Shown here in pieces: positions 47,763 through 56,892 of a stretch of DNA of 64,000 nucleotides; the first letter of the stretch is position 1, and each line of letters starts with the position of its first letter. The stretch is from a virus. The notes under the pieces were generated by a model that saw only the letters and a program-made list of their open reading frames with translations, did no database searches and was not told where the DNA came from. Made by a program: the position numbers and the translations under genes. The stretch lies in the IMG/VR virus record IMGVR_UViG_3300027244_000003. One strand, written 5' to 3'.

Positions 47763-48699
47763 AAATGTAAAATGGGTTATCGCTCATGAGCCTATTGGTT
47801 TATTTTTGAAGGTAGCCGAAGCATTTTCCAAAGAAGTTAACGAAAGAACTAATGGGAAATTTAATGTTGAGATTCTCTCATTGACTGAGTATTCTCAAAA
47901 GTACAATTTCGGTAAACAACTAACAAAACGATCTATGATGGATTTAGTTGGTTCTGGACAAGTTGAGATGGGTCACATCTATACAACTTGGCTCGCAGAT
48001 ATCAATCCAGATCTTAATGTTTTAGATTTACCATTCTTGTTTAGAGATCACGATCATGCTGATGCTATTCTTGATGGTCCAATCGGTGCTGATTTGTTAG
48101 CTGGTGTTGAGAAGAACTCTCAGATCAAAGCAATGGCATTTACATATTCTGGTGGATATCGTGTGGTTCCTGCTAATTTTAAAGCAGATACGATTGAATC
48201 TTGGAAAGGTAAAAAAGTTAGAATTAGTTCTAGCCCAGTTGCCCAAGCAACTTTCGAAACACTCGGTGCAATTGCAAATCCTAATATCGAATTAGAACAA
48301 ATGAATGAACAAGCCGATCGTGGAAACATCGATGCAGGTGAATCAACTTATGTTCGCATTTTCCCACTACAGCAAAACAAATCTTTCAAGTATGTTAATG
48401 ATACTGCACACAGTTTGTTCTTGACTTCTATTATTGTCAATGAGGCTTTCTTCAATCAGTTTGACGATGAAACTAAACAGATCATGTCTGAAGCAGCATT
48501 TAATGCAGCAAAGGCAGAACGTAAAGAATCTGTTGCAGATATTCCAAATATTTTAGATCAATGTAAAGCTGAAAAAGTTGAAGTTATCTCTATGTCTAAA
48601 TCTGAACAGAAAAAGATGCAAGATCTATTGACCCCTCTCCATGATAGATTTGAGGCTTCCTTTAGTGATGGATTAGTCAAGAGCATTAAGTCTCATTAA
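47752..48699 (+). CDS. TRAP transporter substrate-binding protein (DctP family), no signal peptide
   Basis: V.ERTNG...VEI, G.VEM, LDLPFLFRD.DHA...LDG..G, G.R, KG.KVR, LGA. Confidence 0.85.
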   Translation: MTVKNVKWVIAHEPIGLFLKVAEAFSKEVNERTNGKFNVEILSLTEYSQKYNFGKQLTKRSMMDLVGSGQVEMGHIYTTWLADINPDLNVLDLPFLFRDHDHADAILDGPIGADLLAGVEKNSQIKAMAFTYSGGYRVVPANFKADTIESWKGKKVRISSSPVAQATFETLGAIANPNIELEQMNEQADRGNIDAGESTYVRIFPLQQNKSFKYVNDTAHSLFLTSIIVNEAFFNQFDDETKQIMSEAAFNAAKAERKESVADIPNILDQCKAEKVEVISMSKSEQKKMQDLLTPLHDRFEASFSDGLVKSIKSH

Positions 48700-48720
48700 T
48701 CTAAACTAAATATATTATAC

Positions 48721-48750
48721 AGGGGATGTTTAGCATCCCCTTTTTATTTT
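48721..48750 (+). terminator. intrinsic terminator
   Basis: AGGGGATG/CATCCCCT stem plus TTTTATTTT. Confidence 0.75.
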
Positions 48751-48762
48751 ATGGAAAATATA

Positions 48763-49806
48763 ATGAAACCTAGAATTTTATATTATAACAAAAAACAAGC
48801 ACCTTTCTTAATTAATAGAGATGCTTCTTCAATGTCACCATTTTTATCTAAAACGTATACATATAAAATTTTTAATTCATATGAGACACTTGGATTAAAT
48901 AAACATAATATGGTATATGATAGATCTGGTTCTGTACCACATTATTTAAATATTGCAGAAGATGCCCACCCAATACCAGAGGTGGGTATTTCTTTTAATA
49001 AATCATTTTATCAAGCATGTGAAGAACGTGCAAAGCACCTCCTAAGTCTTAATAAAGTAGTACATGTACTTTGGTCTGGTGGAATTGATAGCACTTTTGT
49101 TTTATTCATGTTAAAGAAATTCTCCAACGATCCCGATCAGGTTAGAGTTTGGGGTACATTAAATTCTATCTTAGAATCTGGTGATATGTTTGATAGAAGA
49201 TTAAAGAATGAATTTCCTTACACTATCCTAGAACCAACAGATAATGAGTTTTCCTTTAATGTAAATGAATGTATTTTTGTCAGTGGGATGGGTGGGAATC
49301 AGTTATTTGGACCAACAGATGATATGTTCGCCACTGGTGGAACTGCTATGTTCCACCACACTCTTGGTACTCCAGAAACTATATACGAATCTTACGAGAA
49401 TAACATAGACCCTAAACTATTAGAATTTCTGGATCCAATGATAAAGAATTCTTATAGGAAAATTGAAACAGTCGCCGATCTAAGATGGTATTGTATTTTT
49501 AATCTAGACTGGTACACTGGCTTATATGAACATAGAACAATGCTTCAGATAGAAAAGACTAAAAAGATGCATGCGTTTTTTGATTCTGACGATCTACAAC
49601 GCTGGGCTATGACTACTAAAGAACCATTCACCAAAGTTCGTGGGAATGCCAATACACATCGTTGGCAAATGAGGCAAATTCTGTCCGAAGAATTCGGAGA
49701 ACGAGATTATGCTTTAAACAAATCAAAGAAAATATCAAACCTAAACGTCCAACGTCCTCAGTGGCTATTTTTACTAGACGATTTCCATAATGTCCTGATC
49801 GACTAA
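48763..49806 (+). CDS. asparagine-synthetase-like ATP pyrophosphatase (adenine nucleotide alpha hydrolase)
   Basis: PP-loop WSGGIDST and SGMGGNQLFG (cf. SGEGxDELFG); start could be 48751. Confidence 0.7.
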   Translation: MKPRILYYNKKQAPFLINRDASSMSPFLSKTYTYKIFNSYETLGLNKHNMVYDRSGSVPHYLNIAEDAHPIPEVGISFNKSFYQACEERAKHLLSLNKVVHVLWSGGIDSTFVLFMLKKFSNDPDQVRVWGTLNSILESGDMFDRRLKNEFPYTILEPTDNEFSFNVNECIFVSGMGGNQLFGPTDDMFATGGTAMFHHTLGTPETIYESYENNIDPKLLEFLDPMIKNSYRKIETVADLRWYCIFNLDWYTGLYEHRTMLQIEKTKKMHAFFDSDDLQRWAMTTKEPFTKVRGNANTHRWQMRQILSEEFGERDYALNKSKKISNLNVQRPQWLFLLDDFHNVLID

Positions 49807-49868
49807 GTTGCAAATACAAAAATCCCTCGCTTATAAATAAAGAGGTAAAAGCAATTTAGGATCAGAAA

Positions 49869-50204
49869 ATGGCGACTGTTAGTAATCTATTCGTTGACGC
49901 TGGGGCTAACTACAGCAATATAATTACTGTATCCGCATCCAATGGTCAAGCACTCGATTTGACTGGATATACTGTGGCTTCTCAAATGAGAAAGTCATAT
50001 CAGTCCAGCACATCCTATAATTTCACATCAAGTATATACTTAGCAGCTTCTGGTAAGGTTAGACTTCAATTAACAGATGTACAATCTGCTAGTATTCCAG
50101 CTGGACGCTGGCTTTATGATGTAGAGATAACTTCTCCATCTGGTACAAAAACCAGAGTAGTCGAGGGAGTTGTCACAGTTAACCCACAAATTACACAGAT
50201 TTAA
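49869..50204 (+). CDS. virion structural protein (BppU-like Ig fold)
   Basis: DLTGYT..SQMRKSY, GR..YDVEI, RVVEG.V.V.P; TATAAATA at 49832. Confidence 0.7.
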   Translation: MATVSNLFVDAGANYSNIITVSASNGQALDLTGYTVASQMRKSYQSSTSYNFTSSIYLAASGKVRLQLTDVQSASIPAGRWLYDVEITSPSGTKTRVVEGVVTVNPQITQI

Positions 50205-50206
50205 TT

Positions 50207-50458
50207 ATGACAGATACAATAGCAATTGTTACCCCAGATGAAGCGTTAACTGTTGCAGTTTCCGAAGGTGTTCTTACACTTTCACAATCAAACTTAGCTG
50301 CACCAGCTGTAGTCGAATCTATGTCAAACATCGCCGATGTCGATGTTACTACGAATGGTAAGTTAAATGGATCGCTTTTAGTATACAGAACAATAACAAA
50401 TAAATGGACTGCTTCTACTACGCTTGATGCGCAGAATTTAGAAGGTGGCGAATTTTAA
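50207..50458 (+). CDS. small fibre-associated protein
   Basis: DVD....NGSLLVY......W, C-terminal EGGEF. Confidence 0.6.
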   Translation: MTDTIAIVTPDEALTVAVSEGVLTLSQSNLAAPAVVESMSNIADVDVTTNGKLNGSLLVYRTITNKWTASTTLDAQNLEGGEF

Positions 50459-50472
50459 TCGGAGAATAAAAG

Positions 50473-53148
50473 ATGGCATCAATAATTAGAATAAAACGCT
50501 CATCGGTTTCAGGGAATCCAGCTACACTGGGTGCTGGTGAATTAGCGTATTCAGCACTTAATGGGGCTGGTGGTAATCGTCTATACATTGGTATGGGCAC
50601 AGAGACCTCAGGTAATGCTGCTAACCACTTAGTAATCGGTGGTACTTACTACACTGGTTTAATTGACGCATCAGTTGCTGGCACATTAACTACTAGTGCA
50701 TCCTCAATTCCAGTTCTTTCTGCAACTGGTACGATCGATACTTGGAAAGTTGGTAATACTCAATTAACTGGTAACACATTATCATCTACTGACACCAATG
50801 GTAACATTAACCTTACACCAAATGGTACTGGTAAATTAGTTCTTAATAATCCGTACATTAATGGTACGACTGATACTCTTGCTGAGTATATCTTTGATAC
50901 AGTTGGTGGAGCAGTAACTGCTGGTACAGGTATTACTGTAACACCAAGTGATGTTGGTAATACTACTACCATTTCAATAACTAATACTGCGGTAACTCCT
51001 GGAACTTATGGCTCTGCTACTTCGATTCCAACATTCACTGTTAATCAACAAGGTCAATTAACTGCTGCAGGTAGTGCTTCTTTAGCAACTACTTTAAATA
51101 TCGCTGGTGATACTGGTACGTCAGCATTTGCTCTACTAACAGACACCATGACTTTTGTTGGTGGTACTGGTATTACTTCTGTTGTCGCAAAAGTTGGTGC
51201 TGCTACTAGTGTAACTTTTGATATTGATTCAACTGTTACTACTTTAACTGGTACTCAGACACTTACTAATAAGACTTTAACTAGCCCAATAATCAATGGT
51301 GCAACCATTGGTGCTACAGGTGCTACATTTAATGGTTCTACTTCTGGTACAATTACTGTACTTGCATCAGCTGTTGCTGGAACAAATTCATTAACTCTAC
51401 CAGCTGCAACTGATACTTTAGTCGGTAAAGCAACAACTGATACACTTACTAACAAGTCTATCAACTTAGCAAACAATACACTAACTACTACTTCTGCTCA
51501 GTTAGCAACTGCTATCTCTGATGAGACTGGTACTGGTGTTGTTGTATTCTCTAATACTCCAACTCTTGTTACTCCTATTCTTGGTGTTGCTTCTGCTACT
51601 TCTATTAATAAAGTAGCAATTACTGCTCCTGCCACTGGTTCTACTTTAACTATTGCTGATGGTAAAACCTTTACTGCAAGCAATACTTTAACTCTAACTG
51701 GTACTGATACTTCATCTATTGCTTTCGGTGCTGGTGGTACTGTTGCTTATGTAGCAAACAAACTAAGCGTATTTGCTGCCACTACTTCTGCTGAACTTGC
51801 TGGCGTTATCTCTGATGAGACTGGTACTGGTGTTCTAGTATTCTCTAACAGCCCAACTCTAGTTACTCCAACTCTTGGTGCTGCTTTAGCAACTAGCATT
51901 ACTGCCACTTCTGGCAATATGACTGTTAATGCTGCAGCTGGTAATAACAGTGTAAACTTAGTTGCAACTGGTACTGGTACTGTTGACGTTGCCAACAAGC
52001 GTATTACTTCTGTTGCTGAGCCTACTCAGTCTAGCGATGCTGCTACTAAGAACTACGTTGATGCTGTTAAGACTGGTCTAAAAGTTAAAGATGCTGTTCG
52101 TGCTGCAACTACTGCAAACCTAGCTGCAACATATGCTAACGGATCTTCTGGTGTTGGTGCTACATTAACTAACTCTGGATCTCAAGCTGCCTTTACAATT
52201 GATTCGATCGTATTAACTGCTGGACAACGAGTTCTTGTTAAAGATCAATCAACTGCCTTCCAAAATGGTATCTATACAGTAACAACTGTTGGTACTGTTT
52301 CTACAAACTGGGTTCTTACTCGTGCTATTGACAATGATAGTAATGTCACTGTTCTAGAAGTTGAAGGTGGAGATTTCTGTTTCGTTCAAGAAGGTACAGT
52401 AAACGCTGATAATGGTTTCGTTGTAACTACTAATGGATCTATTACAATTGGTACTACTGGAATTGACTATGTTCAATTCTCTGGTGCTGGACAAGTTATC
52501 GCTGGTGATGGTTTAACTAAGACTGGCAATACTCTAAACGCAGTTGGTACTAATAACCGTATCTCTATTTCTGCTGATGCGATTGACATCTCTTCAAGTT
52601 ATGTTGGTCAAGCAACTATTACTACTCTTGGTACTATCGCAACTGGTACTTGGCAAGGTACTATCGTTGGTTCAACTTATGGTGGTACTGGTGTTAATAA
52701 TGGATCTAGCACTATTACACTTGGTGGTAGTTTAAGCACTATCGGTGCGTTTACTACTGCGTTAACTGCAACTGCTAATACTACATTAACACTACCTGTT
52801 ACTGGCACTCTTGCTACACTAGCTGGTACTGAAACATTTACTAACAAAACTTTAACTGCTCCAGTTATCGCAACTATTGTTAATACTGGTACTTTAACAC
52901 TACCAACTTCAACTGATACTTTAGTTGGTCGTGCCACTACTGATACACTTACTAATAAAACAATCACTGGTGCGATAATCACTACTGGTAGTATTAACAA
53001 TACTCCAATCGGTGCCACTACTACAAACACTGGTGCGTTCACTACATTAAATGCAAGTGGTACTATTACTGCTCAAGGTAATATTACTGGTGCTGGTGCT
53101 GGTACTTCTACTCTCGATGGATTCAATATCGATGGTGGTACGTACTAA
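50473..53148 (+). CDS. tail-fibre-like protein
   Basis: IRIKRS...P..L..GELAY, repeated TLTNKT, DAATK.YVD, RVLVKDQ....QNGIY, DGGTY end. Confidence 0.8.
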   Translation: MASIIRIKRSSVSGNPATLGAGELAYSALNGAGGNRLYIGMGTETSGNAANHLVIGGTYYTGLIDASVAGTLTTSASSIPVLSATGTIDTWKVGNTQLTGNTLSSTDTNGNINLTPNGTGKLVLNNPYINGTTDTLAEYIFDTVGGAVTAGTGITVTPSDVGNTTTISITNTAVTPGTYGSATSIPTFTVNQQGQLTAAGSASLATTLNIAGDTGTSAFALLTDTMTFVGGTGITSVVAKVGAATSVTFDIDSTVTTLTGTQTLTNKTLTSPIINGATIGATGATFNGSTSGTITVLASAVAGTNSLTLPAATDTLVGKATTDTLTNKSINLANNTLTTTSAQLATAISDETGTGVVVFSNTPTLVTPILGVASATSINKVAITAPATGSTLTIADGKTFTASNTLTLTGTDTSSIAFGAGGTVAYVANKLSVFAATTSAELAGVISDETGTGVLVFSNSPTLVTPTLGAALATSITATSGNMTVNAAAGNNSVNLVATGTGTVDVANKRITSVAEPTQSSDAATKNYVDAVKTGLKVKDAVRAATTANLAATYANGSSGVGATLTNSGSQAAFTIDSIVLTAGQRVLVKDQSTAFQNGIYTVTTVGTVSTNWVLTRAIDNDSNVTVLEVEGGDFCFVQEGTVNADNGFVVTTNGSITIGTTGIDYVQFSGAGQVIAGDGLTKTGNTLNAVGTNNRISISADAIDISSSYVGQATITTLGTIATGTWQGTIVGSTYGGTGVNNGSSTITLGGSLSTIGAFTTALTATANTTLTLPVTGTLATLAGTETFTNKTLTAPVIATIVNTGTLTLPTSTDTLVGRATTDTLTNKTITGAIITTGSINNTPIGATTTNTGAFTTLNASGTITAQGNITGAGAGTSTLDGFNIDGGTY

Positions 53149-53206
53149 CTAAATATAGTATAATACTGGGGATTCTTATCCCCAGATAACCTTTTTAGGA
53201 AGATGA

Positions 53207-53983
53207 ATGAGTAATCAAATCATACTCAAGAAATCATCTGTTGGAGCAAAAGTTCCAGTTGCAGGTGATTTGGCATACGGTGAATTGGCATTAAACTATG
53301 CTGATGGTAAACTGTATTTCAAAAACTCTTCCAATGCAATTCAATCGTTCTCAAACGATTCGAATAATGCATCAAATGTTACCTTAACTGGTACACAAAC
53401 CCTAACAAACAAAACAATCGCTTTTGGTAGTAATACTATTAGTGGAACAACAGCACAGTTTAATACAGCATTAACTGATGGCGATTTTGCTACGTTAGCT
53501 GGCACTGAAACCCTAACAAATAAAACTTTAACATCTCCAAGTCTTAGTGGTACAGTTGCATTAACTTCTACTACGCTACTTTCTATTAATGGTAGTACTG
53601 GAAGTTCTGGACAATTCCTTGCACGTGGACCAACTGGTCTTACTTGGACAGCAGCACCCAGTCCAGCACTATCAACATTAAGTGATGTTGCGATTAGTGG
53701 ACCAACAGCACAACAAGTTTTAACATATACAGGTTCCGCATGGATTAACGCTGATTCAAATGCAGTTGTTGCTTCTGCGGTTTTTGCCACTTCTCAATCA
53801 GATCTTGGATACGTCTATGATGGTAACGTAACTATCACAGAAGAGTTAGGTACAATTACTGAAATTGCCAACAGTATTTACGATTTGGGTGTACTAAGTT
53901 TTACAGGTATTATCTCATTAAACAACATAGACCAATCGATCAAATCAGATTATCTTGGTTACTCTATTATTTTCGGATTCTAA
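53207..53983 (+). CDS. tail-fibre-like protein
   Basis: I.LKKS....KVP...L.YGELALNYADGKLYFK, TLTNKT repeats. Confidence 0.75.
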   Translation: MSNQIILKKSSVGAKVPVAGDLAYGELALNYADGKLYFKNSSNAIQSFSNDSNNASNVTLTGTQTLTNKTIAFGSNTISGTTAQFNTALTDGDFATLAGTETLTNKTLTSPSLSGTVALTSTTLLSINGSTGSSGQFLARGPTGLTWTAAPSPALSTLSDVAISGPTAQQVLTYTGSAWINADSNAVVASAVFATSQSDLGYVYDGNVTITEELGTITEIANSIYDLGVLSFTGIISLNNIDQSIKSDYLGYSIIFGF

Positions 53984-53992
53984 GGATATACA

Positions 53993-56869
53993 ATGGCACG
54001 TCAGTTAATTGAAAAATACATCTTCTCTCCAAATGCAGCAGGATATGGTACAGTAAAATTTCCTGGTAAAGTTGATTTAACTCAACTTTTGATTATTGCA
54101 AATAAAACTCAACAAACAAACGTCTATGCGATTGGTGACCCTACTAAGAATGGTACAATCGTATATGATCCAGATGATGTTACTTTTATGGGTAGCACAG
54201 CACAGTATTCTGAACAGGTTGGTGCAAGTACTGTAACATTCGCAGCTGATACTGCTTCAATGTTATCTACTGATAAAATTGCTATCTATACTGATGCGCC
54301 AAAACAAATTGGTAACATCGTTCGTCCTTACGCATTCGGTGTTGATGCTATTGAACGCCAGAGGGTGGCAATGCCCCAAGCGTTAATTGACGCTGACTTT
54401 GAGTATGGATTACAACCAACTAAATGGCAGAACTATTCTGACATTCGTGGTATTCCAGGTATTTACGAAAAACCTGGACTTGACTTGTTCATGACTAACA
54501 TTACTTCAGATGGTGGTAATCCATCTGTTATGACAGTTACATGTTCACAGGCGCATGGACTTTCTGTGGCTCAGCCAGTTATTATCTTCGGTACTGCTGG
54601 TGTATCAAATGCTGCTCGTGCTGAAGGTGCTTTCGTTGTAACAGCTGTGCCAACTTCTACTACCTTTACATTCTTTGCTAAAGGTATTGTTGGAACTAAT
54701 GGATCTTCTATTTGGAATCAGTCTACATATGCTCGTCGTGGTGGCTTTTATGCTGGTGCTGGTCTACCAATCACTGGATATGTTTCTAATGCAGCATCTC
54801 CTTCTATCATTACTGTAACATGTTCTGCCAACCATGGTTTAGTGGCTGGTGCTCCAATCGTTAACATTGTTACTTCTTCTGGAGTATATCATGACCTAAT
54901 GGGTGGTAACTTCTTCGTTGAATCAGTTCCCACTGGAAATACATTTACATTTACTGCTCGAGTTGGTGGAGCAGTAGCAAATGCGTCTATCGTAGCTACA
55001 ACATATACTCGTTCTGATGCTTATGTTCAACACAGACCATTCGATGGTGGTGTTAACATTGGTACATTCTTACCGTCTCATGGTGCATCTGTTTCTCGTC
55101 AAACTAAAAAATATATGCGTTACCAATCTGGTAAAGGTATGCTCTGGACTTCAGGTGTTCTGTTTAATCCAGTTATGAACTTAGACCAAATTTCTGCAGC
55201 AGCAACTTCTGTTGGTTCATTAATTACAGTATCCACTGAAATTGACCATGGTCTACAGGCTGGCGCAACTATTCAAATTGCTGGTGTTGTTACTTCTGGT
55301 TATAATGGTACATATGGTGTAGGAACTATTGTTAATGAATCGTCATTTACAGTTAATGCTATTCAGACTCTTGGTTCTACTTCTGCTGTTATTACTAATC
55401 TACCACGTGTTACTGTTAAAAATTGGATTGGTGCTTCTACTCGATGCGGTCCATTTGATGATCAAAATGGATTATTCTGGGAATTTGATGGTCAAGAATT
55501 AGCAGTCGTTAAGAGATCTGCGACTTATCAGTTATCAGGATTCGTTGCTGTAACTGCTGGTTCACAATCTGTTGCTGGAACTAACTGTCGTTTTACTCAA
55601 CAATTAAAAGTTGGTGATTCTATCGTTATTCGTGGTATGACATATCGTGTTGGTTCTATTACTGATGATAACACTATGTCTATCAATCCAGAATACCGTG
55701 GTGTTAATAATTCATCTGGTATTAAAATTGCTCACGTAATTGATACTCGCATTCCACAATCACAATTTAATTTTGATAAGATCGATGGTACTGGTATCTC
55801 TGGTTACAATATTAACCTAAACAAAATGCAGATGTTGGGGATTTCATTCTCATGGTATGGTGCTGGTTTTATTGACTTTATAGTTCGTGGTGGTGATGGT
55901 AATATGATTCAAGTTCATCGCATGAAACAGAATAACGTAAATGATGAAGCATATATGCGCACAGGTAATACTACTGTTCGTTATCAAGCGATTAACGAAT
56001 CTGCTAGAGATCGTTTGGCTGCAACTATGACAAACAGTCAAACAAGCATGACATTAGTAGATGCATCAAGATTTCCATCTACTGGTGGCATTGTATTAGT
56101 TGATAGTGAATACATTTCATTTACTGGTAAAGCAGGTAATGTATTAACTGGACTAACTCGAGCAGCAACATTCTCTATGTTCGTTGGTGGATCTACTAAA
56201 ACATTCTCTGGTGGTGCAGCTGCAGTTCATGCTGTTGGTAATGGATTTAACTCAGTGACTCTTATTAGTTGCACTTGCTCTCCAATTATCAATCACTGGG
56301 GTTCTTCATATATTATGGATGGTAACTTTGATACAGATCGTGGTTATTATTTTAACTACGCTGCAACTGGAATTGCATTAACATCTGGTCAAACTAAAAC
56401 TGCATTCTTCTTAAGACTTGCACCGTCCGTATCAAACTCAATTGCTGGTCAATTTGGAGATCGAGATCTTATTAATCGTTCACAATTATTACTACAGCAA
56501 TTACAAATTCAATCAGATCAGTCAGTACAGGTTTACGGCATTTTAAATCCAGGTAATATTGATGCGTCATCATTAACTTGGACAGCGGTTAATACTACTG
56601 CTCTTGGTTCTCAACCTTCGTTCGCTCAAGTTTCTACAAGTAGTTCAACTACTGCATCTCCAGGAGAACAAAACTTTAGTACGTTGGGTCAACCAGCTGG
56701 ATTTGCGCAGATTGACTTATCAAACCTTAAAGAATTAACAAACTCAGCAATTGGTGGTTACTCAAATTATCCAGATGGTCCAGACGTCTTAGCAGTTGTT
56801 GTTAAAAATCTAACTACCAATACTGCTACTGCCAATATTAACCTATTCTGGTCAGAAGCACAAGCCTAA
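53993..56869 (+). CDS. virion structural / putative receptor-binding protein
   Basis: LIDADFEYGLQ.TKW, RQTK.Y.RYQSGK, repeated HGL..G beta modules. Confidence 0.65.
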   Translation: MARQLIEKYIFSPNAAGYGTVKFPGKVDLTQLLIIANKTQQTNVYAIGDPTKNGTIVYDPDDVTFMGSTAQYSEQVGASTVTFAADTASMLSTDKIAIYTDAPKQIGNIVRPYAFGVDAIERQRVAMPQALIDADFEYGLQPTKWQNYSDIRGIPGIYEKPGLDLFMTNITSDGGNPSVMTVTCSQAHGLSVAQPVIIFGTAGVSNAARAEGAFVVTAVPTSTTFTFFAKGIVGTNGSSIWNQSTYARRGGFYAGAGLPITGYVSNAASPSIITVTCSANHGLVAGAPIVNIVTSSGVYHDLMGGNFFVESVPTGNTFTFTARVGGAVANASIVATTYTRSDAYVQHRPFDGGVNIGTFLPSHGASVSRQTKKYMRYQSGKGMLWTSGVLFNPVMNLDQISAAATSVGSLITVSTEIDHGLQAGATIQIAGVVTSGYNGTYGVGTIVNESSFTVNAIQTLGSTSAVITNLPRVTVKNWIGASTRCGPFDDQNGLFWEFDGQELAVVKRSATYQLSGFVAVTAGSQSVAGTNCRFTQQLKVGDSIVIRGMTYRVGSITDDNTMSINPEYRGVNNSSGIKIAHVIDTRIPQSQFNFDKIDGTGISGYNINLNKMQMLGISFSWYGAGFIDFIVRGGDGNMIQVHRMKQNNVNDEAYMRTGNTTVRYQAINESARDRLAATMTNSQTSMTLVDASRFPSTGGIVLVDSEYISFTGKAGNVLTGLTRAATFSMFVGGSTKTFSGGAAAVHAVGNGFNSVTLISCTCSPIINHWGSSYIMDGNFDTDRGYYFNYAATGIALTSGQTKTAFFLRLAPSVSNSIAGQFGDRDLINRSQLLLQQLQIQSDQSVQVYGILNPGNIDASSLTWTAVNTTALGSQPSFAQVSTSSSTTASPGEQNFSTLGQPAGFAQIDLSNLKELTNSAIGGYSNYPDGPDVLAVVVKNLTTNTATANINLFWSEAQA

Positions 56870-56892
56870 ATATATCGAATTAGAGGAAAACT

